Origin: Squalus acanthias
Lineage: Eukaryota
Direction of reading: 5' to 3'
DNA: 64,000 bases
Assembly (NCBI GenBank): GCA_030390025.1
Contig: CM059433.1
Location: forward strand, 372,001-436,000
How positions within the stretch are numbered: the first letter of the stretch is position 1; each line of letters starts with the position of its first letter. The notes under the pieces are model-generated. The model worked only from the letters and a program-made list of their open reading frames with translations. It made no database searches and was not told the DNA's origin. Shown piece after piece: positions 24,255 to 37,553 of this stretch. A program made the position numbers and the translations under genes.

Positions 24255-27200
24255 CCGTCGCCTTGAACCGCTGCAGTCCGTGTGGTGAAGGTGCTCCCAC
24301 AGTGCTGTTAGGGAGGGAGTTCCAGGATTTTGACCCAGCGACGATGAAGGATCGGTGATATACTCCTAAGTCAGGATGGTGTGTGACTTGGAGGGGAACT
24401 TGGAGGTGGTGGTGTTCCCATGTGCCTGCTGCCCTTGTCCTTCTAGGTGGAAGAGGTTGCGGGTTTGGGAGGTGCTGCCGAAGAAGCCTTGGCCAGTTGC
24501 TGCAGTGCATCTTGTAGATGGTACACACTGCAGCCACGGTACATCGGTGGTGGATGGGGTGCTAATCAAGCGGGCTGCTATGTCCTGGATGGTGTCGAGC
24601 TTCTTGAGTGTTGGAGCTGCACTCATCCAGGCAAGTGGAGAGTATTCCATCACACTCCTGACTTGTGCCTTGTAGATGGTGGAAAGGCTTTGGGGAGTCA
24701 GGAGGTGAGACACTCGCTGCAGAATACCTAGCTTCTGACCTGCTCTTGTTGCCACAGTATTTATGTGGCTGGTCCAGTTAAGTTTCTGGTCAATGGTGAC
24801 TCCCAGGATGTTGATGGTGGGGGCATTCGGCGATGGTAATACCGTTGAATGTCAAGGGGAGGTGGTTAGACTCTCGCTTGTTGAAAATAGTCATTGCCTG
24901 GCACTTCTGTGGCGTAAATGTTACTTGCCACTTATCAGCCTAAGCCTGGACGTCGTCCAGGTCTTGTTGCATGCGGGCGTGGACTGCTTCCTTATCTGAG
25001 GAGTTGTGAATGGCGCTAAACACTGTGCAGGCATCAGCGAACATCCCCATTTCTGACCTTATGTTGGAGGGAAGGTCATTGATGAAGCAGCTGAAGATGG
25101 TTGGGCCTAGGACACTGCCCTGAGGAACTCCTGCAGCGATGTCCTGCGGCTGTGATGATTGACCTTCAACCACCACAACCATCTTCCTTTGTGCTAGGTA
25201 TGACTCCAGTCAGTGGAGTGTTTTCCCCACCGATTCCCATTGTCTTCAATTTTACTCGGGCTCCTTGATGCCGCACTCTGTCAAATGCTGCCTTGATGTC
25301 GAGGGCAGTCACTCTCACCTCACCTCTGGAATTTAGCTCCTTTGTCCATGTTTGGACCAAGGCTGTAATGAGGTCGGGAGCTGAGTGGTCTTGGCGGAAC
25401 CCAAACTGGGCATCCGTGAGCGGGTTATTGGTGAGTAAGTGCCGCTTGATAGCACTTTCGATGACGCCTTCCATCACTTTGCTGATGATTGAGAGTAGAC
25501 TGATGCGGCGATAATTGCCCAGGTTGAATTTGTCCTGCTTTTTGTGGACAGGACAAACCTGGGCAGTTTTCCACATTGTAGGATAGATGCCAGTGTTGTA
25601 GCTGTACTGGAACAGCTTGGCTAGAGGCACGGCTAGTTCTGGAGCACAAGTCTTCAGCACGACAGCCGGGATGTTGTCGGGGCCCATAGCCTTTGCTTTA
25701 TCCAGTGCGCTCAGCCGTTTCTTGATATCACGTGGAGTGAATCGAATTGGCTGAAGACTGGCTTCTGTGATGGTGGGGACCTCAGGAGAAGGCCGATATG
25801 GATCATCCACTCGACACCTCTGGCTGAAGATGGTTGCAATCGCTTCAGCCTTGTCTTTTGCACTCGTGCTGGGCTCCTCCATCATTGAGGATGGGGATAT
25901 TCATGGAGCCTCCTCCTCCCCCCGTTAGTTGTTTAATGGTCCACCACCATTCACGACTGGATGTGGCAGGACTGCAGAGCTTTGATCTGATCCGTTGATT
26001 GTGAGATCGCTTAGCCCTGTCTATAGCATGCTGCTTCCGCTTTTTAGCATGCATGTAGTCCTGTGTTGCAGCTTCCCAAGGTTGGCACCTCATTTTTAGG
26101 TACGCCTGGTGCTGCTCCTGGTATGCTCTTCTACACGCCTTATTGAACCAGCGTTGGTCCTCTGGCTTGATGGTAATGGTAGAGTGAGGGATATGCTGGG
26201 CCAAGAGGTTACAGATTGTGGTGGAATACAATTCTGCTGCTGTTGATGGCCCACAGTGCCTCATGGATGCCCAGTTTTGAGCTGCTAGATCTGTTCTGAA
26301 TCTATCCCATTTAGCACGGTGGTAGTGCCACACAACAAGATGGAGGGTGTCCTCAGTGTGAAGACGGGACTTCGTCTCCACAATGACGGTAGCAGTGACC
26401 ACCGTACAAATACTGTCATGGACAGATACATCTGTGACAGATAGATTGGTGAGGACGAGGTCAAGTAGGTTTTTCGCTTGTGTTGGTTCTCTCACCACCT
26501 GTCGCAGGCCCAGACTGGCAGTTATGTCCTTCAGGACTTGGTCAGTAGTGGTGCTACCGAGCCACTCTTGGTGATGGACATTCAAGTCCCCCACCCAGAG
26601 TACATTCTGTGCCCTTGCTACTCTCGGTGCTTCTTCCAAGTGGTGTTCAACATGGAGGAGTACTGATTCATCAGCTGAGGGAGGGCAGCAGGTGGTGATC
26701 AGCAGGAGGTTTCCTTGCCCATGCTTGACCTGAAGCCATGAGACTTCATGGGGTCCGGAGTCAATGTTGAGGACTCCCAGGGCCACTCCTTCCCGACTGT
26801 ATACCACTGTGCCACCACCACTGCTGGGTCTGTTCTGCTGTTGGGACGGGATGGTGACGGAGGAGTTTGGGACATTGGCTGAAAGGTATGATTCTGTGAG
26901 TATGACTGTTGCTTGACTAGTCTGTAGGACAGCTCTCCCAATTTTGGCACAAGTCCCCAGATGTTGGTGAGGAGGACTTTACAGGGTCGACTGGGCTGGG
27001 GTTGCCGTTGCCATGTCCATAGCCAGTGCTGAGGTCGATGCCGGGTGGTCCGTCCGGTTTCATTCTTTTTCGTAGCGGTTTGTTTCAGAGGGCAGTTAAG
27101 AGTCAACGACATTGCTGTGGGTCTGGAGTCACATATAGGCCAAACCGGGTAAGGACGGCAGATTTCCTTCCCTAAAGGACATTAGTGAACCAGATGGGTT

Positions 27201-27347
27201 TTTACAATAATCCGATAGTTTCATGGTTACCATTACTGATGCTAGTAATTATTCCAGATTTTTTATTTAATTAACTGAAACTCACGTCTCTGGATCATTA
27301 GTCCAGGCCTCTGAATTACTAGCCCAGTGACATTACCACTACGCTAC
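24255..27347 (-). mobile_element. Near-complete APE-RT LINE of a second family (CR1/L2/Jockey group), single ORF, with tRNA-like 5' head
   Basis: APE: NIWGL, VGDLNVHH, LLDLVLTN; RT: GPDNIP, YRRISLLS, QFGFR, ALDIKAAFDRV, GVPQGSVLGP, MFAD; frameshifted. Confidence 0.88.
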
Positions 27348-27599
27348 AACTGTGATGTTGTGTAGTTTGAAGATACAAGTTATGTATTCCCCACTGCCAT
27401 TTAAAGTTTTTGTTCGGTAACCAATTTTTTGCAGCAAAATATTGCACAAATGTATGTGATCGTTACCTGTATTACTACATTGTTTGGCAGATAGATTTGT
27501 GTAAAAGGCACAGCTGGAAGATGGCTGTCTTTTGTAAAATTGTTTTATTTTGGCTAATTAATTAGTCATTTTCAAGCCATTGTGACCACCTCTAGCCTT

Positions 27600-27836
27600 G
27601 CATATCTCTTAATGTCTCTTCATCTCCCCCTTTGTTCTTTTATCCCCTCCCCCTTTTCCCAGCTTTACCCTGGCCTTAAATCTATTTGATTTCCGGCTCT
27701 TCCCAGTTCTGACGAAAGGTCATCGACCTGAAACGTTAACTCTCTTTCTCTCTCCACGGATGCTGCCTGGCCTGCTGAGTTTTTCCAGTGTTTTCTGTTG
27801 TTATTTCAGATTTCCAGCATCCGCAGTATTTTGCTA
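27600..27836 (+). mobile_element. Solo PLE 3' terminal (pLTR) fragment, family of 32207-34910
   Basis: Reverse-complement match to 32210-32340; contains a hammerhead. Confidence 0.8.
27705..27741 (+). ncRNA. Minimal hammerhead ribozyme (second PLE family)
   Basis: AGTT-CTGACGA-A-AGGTC-ATC-GACCT-GAAA-CGTT-AACT; palindromic AACGTT. Confidence 0.82.
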
Positions 27837-29946
27837 TCCTACACTATCTACTCAGTGATAGTGATAGTAAATTGTAGTCACCTTTGCAGAGACCATCCAT
27901 CTCTTTTACTTAAACTATTGCAGCCTGAAGCTAGTGCCAACCATTGTATTTTTTGGAATAGGTGAATCTGTGCCAGACTATGACCTTTCCAACATCACAA
28001 AGACATGGGATTATCACTGAAAAAGTACTGCAAAAGTTGCTAGTCCATAAGACGAACCTCCGTGTTTATGTCAAGAACACATGAGTTATTACAGTGCAAT
28101 ATTTTGTAGTGATCCACGACGACTGCAGCATAACTTCAGTGTCCTTTCTGCATGTGGAAACTTGTTGACTGCAATGCCAACCTTTGTATATTGAAATTTA
28201 AATGCACATTTAAGCATCAGTTGCTGAATTGTGTTGGGCTAAAGGAAGTTCCCGTTTTGCCTGTTAGTGCCAAAGTTTCATTTCTTCAGGTCGTTCTATG
28301 CTATCCACAACTATCACAATCAACTTTGTGGGGCATTGGTCTTTTCTACAAGTGCTTCTGCCTGTCTCCTGTTATATATTTCTTTTAAAGGGGTGAAAAC
28401 TAAAAGGCATATGGGTAGGGCATTTATTTTTCCACTTTTTTTCTCCCTTCTGAATTTCAGTTAACAATCACATTTGAAAATGTTTCAAATTTTATTTTAG
28501 GAAATGTGTAAATCTGAAAATGTTACCCTGTTTCAGGATATAGTTTAATTCAATGTTGTTTCAATGCATTCTAAGTAGATAAATATAAGATTAAGACCGA
28601 GATCACTTTATACTATTGACAGATTGTGACTATCAGCATTTTCGTGTAATTCAAAATTATGATGTGACTCTAGATGTGGTCTGTTTAGTCACTGGGGAAA
28701 TCCTTTATGAAAGTTCAGAAATTTTGAAAAAGTTAGAATAAGTTAGAAATCACTTTATATAAAAAAAGAAAATACAAATTAATTTGGTTCCATATGTCTT
28801 TTTTTGCAGAGCAAGTATAACAAGCTGCTTATACATTTACAGTTTAAATGCTGCACATTTGACAAGCATATTTAACAAAGGTGGAACAAAATTCTGTGAT
28901 TTAAAAGGAAAGCCACAAATTCTGGAAGTCTCGTACAGCACCAGTGCAATTCAACGTTAAGTTTAAAATTGCACAGCACAAATTGCTAGACTGAACCACT
29001 TGTGTTTCTGCTGTGCCTGCTGCAAGAGCAGCAGTGCTGCACTGTGTATGAAAGCTACCTCAGTGGGAAAACTAGTTCTTTGGGTTAACTAAAGGCGCTG
29101 CTTGGCAACCACATCTTTTGTTACAAGTAGAGCGACAAAAAGCTTTCTGAGCCTGATAATCATTGCCTTCAGAAGCCTGCCATTGTATTGTGGAACAGTA
29201 ATAAGATAGTAACTGCAACACACAAAGTACGCAACAAATGCTGCTGGGTAGCAGCTTATGCAATGGCCCAGAAATTCAGAACGATTTTCTAGTCGATTTA
29301 TGGCTGTAAATGCCAAATAATGTGATTTAATTTTTCTTAAGTTATTTTAGGTTGCCACTGCAGTGTTTCAAAATATGGTAGATGAATACCACTTGTAAAA
29401 CCTCCTTTGTTGTACACTTTCCAGGGTGTTCTCGGTCCTGCTCTCTGAAACGCTCTCTGCCACCTTTTTACCCACACTCAACGAAAGCCACCTCAGAGCC
29501 TGTCTTATGTCCATGCCTTCAGCTGTGTCCCCTAGCATTTCTACTGCTCCTCCGTGAGTGAGTTGTGACATTCATTATGTTAAAAATGCTATTTAAATGC
29601 TGCTTGTTGTTATCCTGTTACTTTGGCATGGCCTGCAACTAAAACCACTTATCATGGATGTAAAAGTGGCACCCTTATATATGGAATGGATTTAAAAGGA
29701 AATACCACTGTGCAAAAATAATAGCAGTACTGTAACTGCCTCATTTTGTTCCGCACAGAATACGTTATACAGTACTGAGTGCGTGTGTTTTGTTTGCAAC
29801 TCTTGAGATTCCATTCAGTTATCAGGACTATCTAAACATGAATTTGTTCTCTTCAACCTTGTATGGTAGCTGCTCAGATTCAGATACAATGCATGTACTC
29901 CATTTTTGTTTTTGCATGTTATGGCAGGAGTTTGCATTAGGCATTT

Positions 29947-30940
29947 AAGAACATAAGAAATAGGAGCAGGAATAGGCCACTTGGCCCCTCGAGCCTGCTC
30001 CGCCATTCAATAAGATCATGGCTGATCTTGGGCTCAAAGCCACTTCCCCGCCTGCTCCCCATAACCCTTCACTCCCTTATCTTGCAAAAATTTGACTATC
30101 TCCACCTTAAATGTATTTAATGACCCAGCCTCCACAGCTCTCTGGGGCAGAGAATTCCACAGATTTACGACCCTCTGAGAAGAAATTCCTCCTCATCTCA
30201 GTTCTAAAAGGGAGACCCTTTATTCTAAAACTGTGCCCCCCGAGTTCTAGATTTCTCCATGAGGGGAAACATCCTCTCTGCATCTACCTTGTCGTGCCTC
30301 CTCAGTATCTTATGTTTCAATAAGATCACCTTTCATTCTTCTAAATTCTAATGAGTATAGGCCCAACCTGCTCAACTTTTCTTCATAAGTCAACCCCCTC
30401 ATCTCTGGAATTAACCTAGTGAATCGTCTCTGAACTGCCTCCAATGCAAGTGTATCCTTCCTTTAAATAAGGAGACCAAAATTGTACGCAGTACTCAAGA
30501 TGTGGTCTCACCAATACCCTGTACAGTTGTAGCAGGATTTCCCTGCTTTTATACTCCAACCCTTTTGAAATAAGGGCCAACATTTGCCTTTTTGATTACT
30601 TGCTGTACCTGCATGCTAACTTTTTGTGTTTCATGCACAAGGACCCCAGGTCCCTCTGAAGTGTAGCATTTTGTAATCTCTCTCCATTTAAATAATAATT
30701 TGCTTCTTTATTTTTCCTGCCAAAGTGTATAACATCGCACTTTCCCACATTATACTCCATCTGCCAAATGTTTGCCCACTCACTTAGCCTGTCTATATCC
30801 CTTTGCAAGTTCTTTGAGTCCTCTGCACAACTTGCTTTCCCACCCATCTTTGGCAAACTTGGCACTTGGCTACATTATACTCGGTCCCTTCATCCAAGTC
30901 ATTAATGTAGATTGTAAATAGTTGAGGACCCAGCACTGAT
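29947..30940 (-). mobile_element. CR1 3' fragment
   Basis: LQRDIDRLSEWANIWQMEYNVGKC; tail AAGAACATAAGAA. Confidence 0.88.
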
Positions 30941-31458
30941 TTGTACCAGGTTGAGACCAGTTCCTTATTTCACAACCCAGCCCATCTCTTGAAGTGGGAG
31001 CTTTCATTCTGAATGGCAATTAGAGTAAATAACTGCACCATTTTACACTTCATTACATTAGCTGCAAACCCATCTGTAACTCTTCTATATAAAAAATCTT
31101 TTGCTGCTCTGTTGGGTCCAGTGTGGATGTTTCAATTTTGTTTAAGCATCCAGCCAAAACATATACTCCCTCAACACAATTGGCTGTTTAGAATGTGAAA
31201 TCACTATTCCCACGGGCACTTTGCCTCAAAGTGACCAGTTAAGTTATGACTAAAACAAATATGTTTTTTGTTTAAACAAATATTTATTATTTTAGATAAA
31301 TGATCAAGCCTGGCAGTGTCTGGAACTTTTGTGTAAATGGTTTGAAATAAGGATTATTCCTGTTTCAGAAAAAAAAAGAGGAAGAAAGATGCAAAATGTG
31401 TTCTGTTAAATGAAGTTTAGTTTATATGTAACTAAAAGCAGGTTTTAAAAAGCTCTTT

Positions 31459-31730
31459 CATAGACTGATACAGCACAGAAGGAGGCCATTTGGCCAATCG
31501 TGCCTGTGCTGGCTTTGGTAGAGCTAGCCAATGAATCCCACTCCCCTGCTCTTCATAGCCCTGTTTATAAAAAAAAAAAAAAAATTCCCCTCAAGTATTT
31601 AGCCAATTCCCTTTTGAATGTTATTATTGAATCTGCTTCCACTACCCTTTCAGGCAGCGCATTCCAGATCGCAACAACTCGCTGTGTAAAAAACTTCTCC
31701 TTGTGTCGCCTCTGATTCTTTTGCCAATCA
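31459..31730 (-). mobile_element. CR1 3' end fragment
   Basis: Similar to the CR1 3' UTR at 17480-17700. Confidence 0.7.
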
Positions 31731-31861
31731 CAGGAACCCTGTGAAGGTCCTTGGTATACCAGTGTGACTTTTCTGCACTAATTGCTTATCCTTACAAGTG
31801 TGTTCTAGTTTGTTGAATTAGTGTCATTTCTGTTGCAGTTGAGCTCCTCTTGTACTATAAA

Positions 31862-32060
31862 AAGAAAGTCTGGCATTTATATAGTGCCTTTCACATCCCA
31901 AAGCGTTTTACAGCCAATGTAGTGTAGTAACTGTTGTAATGTAGGAAACGTGGCAGCCAATCTGCGCACAGCAAGCTCCCACAAACAGCAATGTGATAAT
32001 AACCAGATAATCTGTTGATTGAGGGATAAATATTGGCCAGGGCACCATAGACTCTTCTCA
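31862..32060 (-). mobile_element. Deu-SINE 3' half
   Basis: Matches 21220-21420. Confidence 0.75.
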
Positions 32061-32206
32061 ACTGGGAATTCAAGTGAGGTTCTCCAAATGTTTTCATTTG
32101 GCATTAAGAAATTACATTTTAAATAAAAAATGAAAAATGCTGGAAACGCTCATCAGGTCAGGCAGCATCTGTGGAGAGAACAGGTGACAACATTTCGGGT
32201 GTGGAC

Positions 32207-34910
32207 AATAGCAAAATACTGCGGATGCTGGAAAACTGAAATAACAACAGAAAACGCTGGAAAAACTCAGCAGGCCAGGCAACATCCGTGGAGAGAGAAA
32301 CAGAGTTAACGTTTCAGGTCGAAGACCCTTCGTCAGAACTGAGAAAAAAGCAGGAAATGAAACAGATAAAAAAGCAAATGGGAGGCTGGGGGAAGGAATA
32401 AAAGAACAAAAGGGTAGGTCTGTGATAAGTAGAGACATTTAAGAGATGCTCAAGGCAAGACGAGATGGTAATAGGAGAGGTTAAGAAACAAAAGATGGCT
32501 CAGAAGTGTGAAGTGTGAAATGCTGGCAGAATGAAAGACAGCTGCCGTGGGGGAGAGAGGGGAAAAGGCACAAACCAAAAGTGTGGATAAAATATATATA
32601 TATGGTAGGGGCCGAGGTTATGATCTGAAATTGTTGAACTCGATATTGAGTCCGAAAGGCTGTAAAGTGCCTAAACGGAAGATGAGGTGCTGTTCCTCGA
32701 GCTTATGCTGAGCTTCCGTGGAACATTGCAAGAGGCCGAGGACGGTGAGGTCTGAGTGGGAGTGGAGCGGTGAATTAAAATGACAAGCGACCGGAAGCTC
32801 GGGGTCACCCTTACGGACTGAACGGAGGTGTTCCGCAAAGCGGTCACCCAATCTGCGTTTGGTCTCCCCAATGTCGAGGAGACCACATCGTGAGCAGCGA
32901 ATACAGTATACTAGATTGCAAGAAGTACAAGTAAATCACTGTTTCACCTGGAAGGGGTGTTTGGGGCCCTGGAGAGTGGGAAGGGGGGATGTATAAGGGC
33001 AGGTGTTGCATCTCCTGCGCTTGCACGGGAAGGTGCCGGGCGAGGGGGAAGGGGTGCTGGGGGTGATAGAGGAGTGGACTAGGGTGTCTCGGAGGGAGCG
33101 GTCCCTATGGAATGCTGAAAGGGGAGGTGAGGGGAAGATACGTTTGGTGGTGGGATCACGTTGGAGGTGGCGGAAATGGCGGAGGATGATCCGTTGAATG
33201 TGGAGGCTGGTGGGGTGAAAGGTGAGGACAAGGGGAACTCTATTGTGGTTCCGGGAGGGAGGGGCCGGGGTGAGGGCAGAGGTGCGGGAGATAGAACGGA
33301 CACGGTCGAGGGCCGTGTCGACCATGGTAGAGGGGAATCCTCGGTTGAGGAAAAAGGAAGACATGTCGGAAGCACTGGTATGGAAGGTGGCATCGTCGGA
33401 GCAGATGCGGCGGAGACGGAGAAACTGGGAGAAGGGAATAGAGTCCTTACAGGAGGCGGGGTGGGAGGAAGTGTAGTCCAGGTAGCTGTGGGAGTCAGTG
33501 GGCTTGTAGTGAATGTTGGTCAATAACCTATCCCCAGAGATGGAGACGGAGATGGAGAAGTCGAGGAAGGGAAGGGAAGAGTCGGAGATGGACCATGTGA
33601 AGGTGAGGGAAGGGTGGAAATTGGAGGCAAAGTGAATGAAATTGCCTTGTTCAGGGCGAGAGCAGGAAACTGCACCGATACAGTCATCAATGTACCGGAA
33701 AAAGAGGTGAGGGAGGGGACCTGAGTAGGACTGGAACAAAGAGTGTTCCACATATCCCACGAAAAGGCAGGCATAGCTAGGACCCATGCGGGTACCCATA
33801 GCAACACCTTTGATTTGGAGGAAATGAGTGGCGTCAAAGGAGAAGTTGTTCAATATGAGAACAAGTTCAGCCAGGCGGAGGAGGGTGCTGGTGGATGGGG
33901 ACTAGTTGGGCCTCTGTTCAAGGAAGAAGCGGAGTGCCCTCAGGCCATCCTGGTGGGGGATGGAGGTGTAGAGGGATTGTACGTCCATGGTGAAAAGGAG
34001 GCGGTTAGGGCCAGGAAACTGGAAACTGTTAAAGTGGCGGAGGGCGTCAGAGGAGTCGCGGATGTAGGTGGGAAGAGACTGGACAAGGGGAGAAAAAATA
34101 GAGTCGAGATAGGAAGCGATAAGTTCCGTGGGGCAAGAACAGGCTGAAACGATGGGTCTACCAGGGCAGTCCTGTTTGTGGATCTTGGGAAGGAGGTAGA
34201 AGCGGGCTGTTCGGGGTTGGGGAACTATGAGGTTGGCGGCCGTGGGGGGAAGATCTCCAGAGGAGATGAGGTCAGTGACAGTCTTGGAAACGGTGGCTTG
34301 ATGTTCAGTAGTGGGGTCATGGTCCAGGTGGAGGTAGGAGGAGGTGTCGGAGAGTTGGCGTTCAACTTCCGCTAGGTAGAGGTCGGTTCGCCAAACAACA
34401 ACAGCACCACCCTTGTCAGCAGGTTTAATGACAATGTCGGGGTTGGATCTGAGAGAATAGAGTGCTGCAAGTTCAGAGGGAGGTAGGTTGGAGTGAGTGA
34501 GGGGAGCAGAGAAATTGAGACGGCCGAGGTCACGTCGGCAGTTAGCAATGAAAAGATCTAGAGAGGGTAAGAGGCCAGAGGGAGGGGTCCAGGTGGAACG
34601 AGAATTCTGAAAGCGGGAGAAAGGGTCAGCCGTGCGGGGGAAGACTCCTGGCCAAAGAAGTGGGCACGGAGACAAAGGCGGCAGAAAAAGAGCTCAGCAT
34701 CGTGCCGAGCTCGAAATTCATTGAGGTGGGGGCGTAAGGGGATGAAGCTCAGGCCTTTGCTGAGGACTGATCGTTCGGGGTCAGAGAGGGGAAGGTCAGA
34801 GGGGATAGTGAAAACGCGGCAGGGGGTGAGATTGGGAGAAGGGGCGTCAGAGGAAAGTGAAGGGGAAGGTTCCGGAGGGGCGTTGGTGTTCAAGAGTTGA
34901 TGAAGAGTTG
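32207..34910 (-). mobile_element. Penelope-like retroelement (probably Neptune clade): RT + Cys-rich linker + GIY-YIG, 5'-truncated, few disruptions
   Basis: IKPADKGG, LPKIHK, TMDVQSLYTSIPH, GVAMGTRMGPSYA, RYIDD, CKRRRCNTC, GETKRRLGDRFAEH. Confidence 0.92.
32304..32340 (-). ncRNA. Minimal hammerhead ribozyme in the PLE 3' terminal region
   Basis: AGTT-CTGACGA-A-GGGTC-TTC-GACCT-GAAA-CGTT-AACT. Confidence 0.82.
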
Positions 34911-37109
34911 ATTTCGGATGTGGACCCTTTGTCAGAATTGGAGGATTTTACAAATGGACAGCACTTAAAAAGGAACAGAACAAAAGGAACAGGGGAGGGA
35001 AAACACAAATATACACAAAGAAAATAAATTGAATGACCTGTAAAATGCTCAAGTGGAAAACAGGAGATGGTTAAATGGCAGAGGTGATAGCAGCATGAGA
35101 TAATAGGAGGCATAATGAGGGAAATCAAAGAAATAAACATTTACAAGACACAGACACCATGTGAATAGCTGAAGGAGGTGGATGATGAGGCAGGTCAAAA
35201 AGGAAACTTGTAAAACTGGCTAAGTGGGGCAGACAGCAGCTGTCAAAAAAGCATGTTGACACCAAGGGTGCAGGCCACCCCACCAGCACGGTGCTCCGAC
35301 AGAGGGTCCTCGCCCCAAGCACCACAATTTCCCCCCTCTCCCCCAGAAACATCTGTATACCCATTTCCAGCACTTCTTGCTGAAGGGAAAATGGGAGCTA
35401 TAGTTAAGGTCTGAAATTATTAATGATAGTGGGCTGCAAAGTGACCTGTAGACAATTATGGTGCTATTCCCTGAGCATGTATTGAACTTCATTGGAACAA
35501 TGTAGTAGGCCAAAGACAGAGGTCAGATTGGGAGTGAGACAGGGAATTAAAGTGTTAAGCGACAAGGAATGAAAGGACTGTATTCACCTTCAATATTCTA
35601 CACTGCCTCTTCCAAAATGTGAAATTATAACAATACAGAATGAAAAACAGTTGAAGAATTCATATTTTTTCTTGCTTCAATGTTATACAGTGGATGTAGA
35701 TGTCGTCTTGAATGCCATCGGTACTGGCCTGCACTGAGTTTATAGGAGATGTGATTATTCCATGATGCTGAGAATCTCTTTCCCCACCACCCCTCTCCCT
35801 CCCCCACCTGATTCCATGATAAATGGTTCACTGTTGCAAGATTATACACCTTGAAGTTAATCCAAGAGCTAACCCATTCCAGAAGTGGCAGGTATATTAA
35901 AGGTAGTTGTGGTATTTGATTGTGTGGAGCACACTACCCGCACCGTTAGGCTTTTGGGCCAGCATTAGGAATCAGAGGAAAGTAAATTAAAATAAAAAGT
36001 AGTCATGGCATTGTGGATTTAGTTTCCTTTCATCTTTTCTCTCTTCTCCCCTCCCCCACATGTCATCATGCTGTATTGCAAACTCAGTCACAACAGGAAG
36101 CATTATTGACTTTGAGAGTATGGAGACTGGAGGCGTGAGAAGCAGTTGAAAATGTTGTCACATCAGTTGGCTGTTTTGTGGGACTAAAAGTAGAAAAAAA
36201 TACAAGAAAAATATGCTGACACCTACAGTAGACACAGTCAACATATGTCATGCCTTAGAGTCAGAATTTAGTGACAACATACGTTTTGAATATGGAGAGC
36301 ATGAAACTCAGTTTGAGTATTTGAAACTGCAACCTGGCGTATATCGCTTTAATCAAAAGCAGCATCAGTACCAAGTAGTCGTGGCCCCATTCTTGGAGGC
36401 CGACTCAACAGGTGCCCCGTCACTAACACCACAACAGTTCCCTGCAGATAGGGGGGCAGGCTATTGCATTAGGACAGGTGAGAGCGCATAACCACCTACC
36501 TGTTCCCAGCAGCACAAGAAAGGTCACGCAATCCATCAGTGCCTCAGCAAAGGTAGGACAGCCTCTGCACCATTGTCCAACTTTCCTCTCTGTGGCAACT
36601 ATAATCTTGATGTGTGTGAAACTACTCTACCGGTATGCACAAACAGACTCTTAACGGATCTTCTCTTTTGTAGATAGTATGTTAAAATATACAACAGCAC
36701 CAGCGTGTGATTTATTTAAAGCAGGCTCATTGCATCTCTGCCATGAGAGTGCTGCTGTTTCCTTGGAAGGGAGACTGAATGGATGGCGGCTTGCAGTTTG
36801 ATCCTGACTCCCAGGCAGCGCATGATGGTGTTGGATATGTTACTCAAACTGATTTGGATTGAAGTGGAAACCTACTGATTTAAGGAAGTCATTCTCTATT
36901 TAGTTCAATGTAATGAAGCTACATTGTGATTTAAAAAAAAAATAGATGCATGCAGTCCTTCATTTTCCTTTTGGTTTACAACAACATTGAGTATAGAATT
37001 ATTGTAAGTCTGTTGGTATTATGCGTCTTCTACAGTCATAACAGAATCGTATAGCTTAATGCTTTTTTAAGAGATGCTGTTGCAGATTGGTGGTAAAGGC
37101 AATATTATA

Positions 37110-37388
37110 GGACTAGTCTAGGACTAGGGGGCATAGTCTAAAAATTAGAGCCAAGCCTTTCAGGAGTGAAGTTCGGAAACACACAAAGGGAGGTTGAAAT
37201 TTGGAACTCTATTCCGCAAACGGCAATCGATGCTAGGTCAATTGTTAATTTTAAATCTGAGATTGATAAATTTTTTGTTAACCAAAGGTATTAAGGGGTA
37301 TGGGGCAAAGCCGGATATATGGAGTTAGGTCACAGATGGCAGAACAGGCTCAAGGGGCAAAATGGCCTCCTCCTGGTCCTATGTTCCT
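37110..37388 (+). mobile_element. CR1 3' end fragment
   Basis: CTAGGACTAGGGGGCATAGTCTAAAAATTAG...GGCCTCCTCCTGGTCCTATGTTCCTAT. Confidence 0.75.
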
Positions 37389-37420
37389 ATATGAACCTGT
37401 AAACCTAGCTCATTGACCAC

Positions 37421-37553
37421 CAATGTTCCCTCTAATTTTCTTTGGCGCTGTGCAGGCCATTCAAAATACCGCTTTTGCGCTTTTTCTATTGAAAAGCCAG
37501 CTGTGCAGGATCCCTGGAGTGCTGCGCGGCCACGCAGCTTACAGGGAACATTG
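37421..37553. mobile_element. 133-bp hAT-type MITE
   Basis: TIR CAATGTTCCCTCTAA/TTACAGGGAACATTG; 8-bp TSD TTGACCAC/CTGACCAC. Confidence 0.8.

Larger units (their letters stand above)
32120..35620 (-). mobile_element. Older degenerate PLE 3' region (32120-32206 plus 34911-35620), split by a younger PLE
   Basis: 35440-35570 is a decayed copy of the GIY-YIG end at 32660-32790; decayed hammerhead CTGACAAAGGGTCCACATCCGAAAT. Confidence 0.6.

Noticed and set aside
36213..36491. 92-aa ORF in unique sequence as a host exon
   Set aside because: No recognisable domain and no convincing splice context; length is compatible with chance
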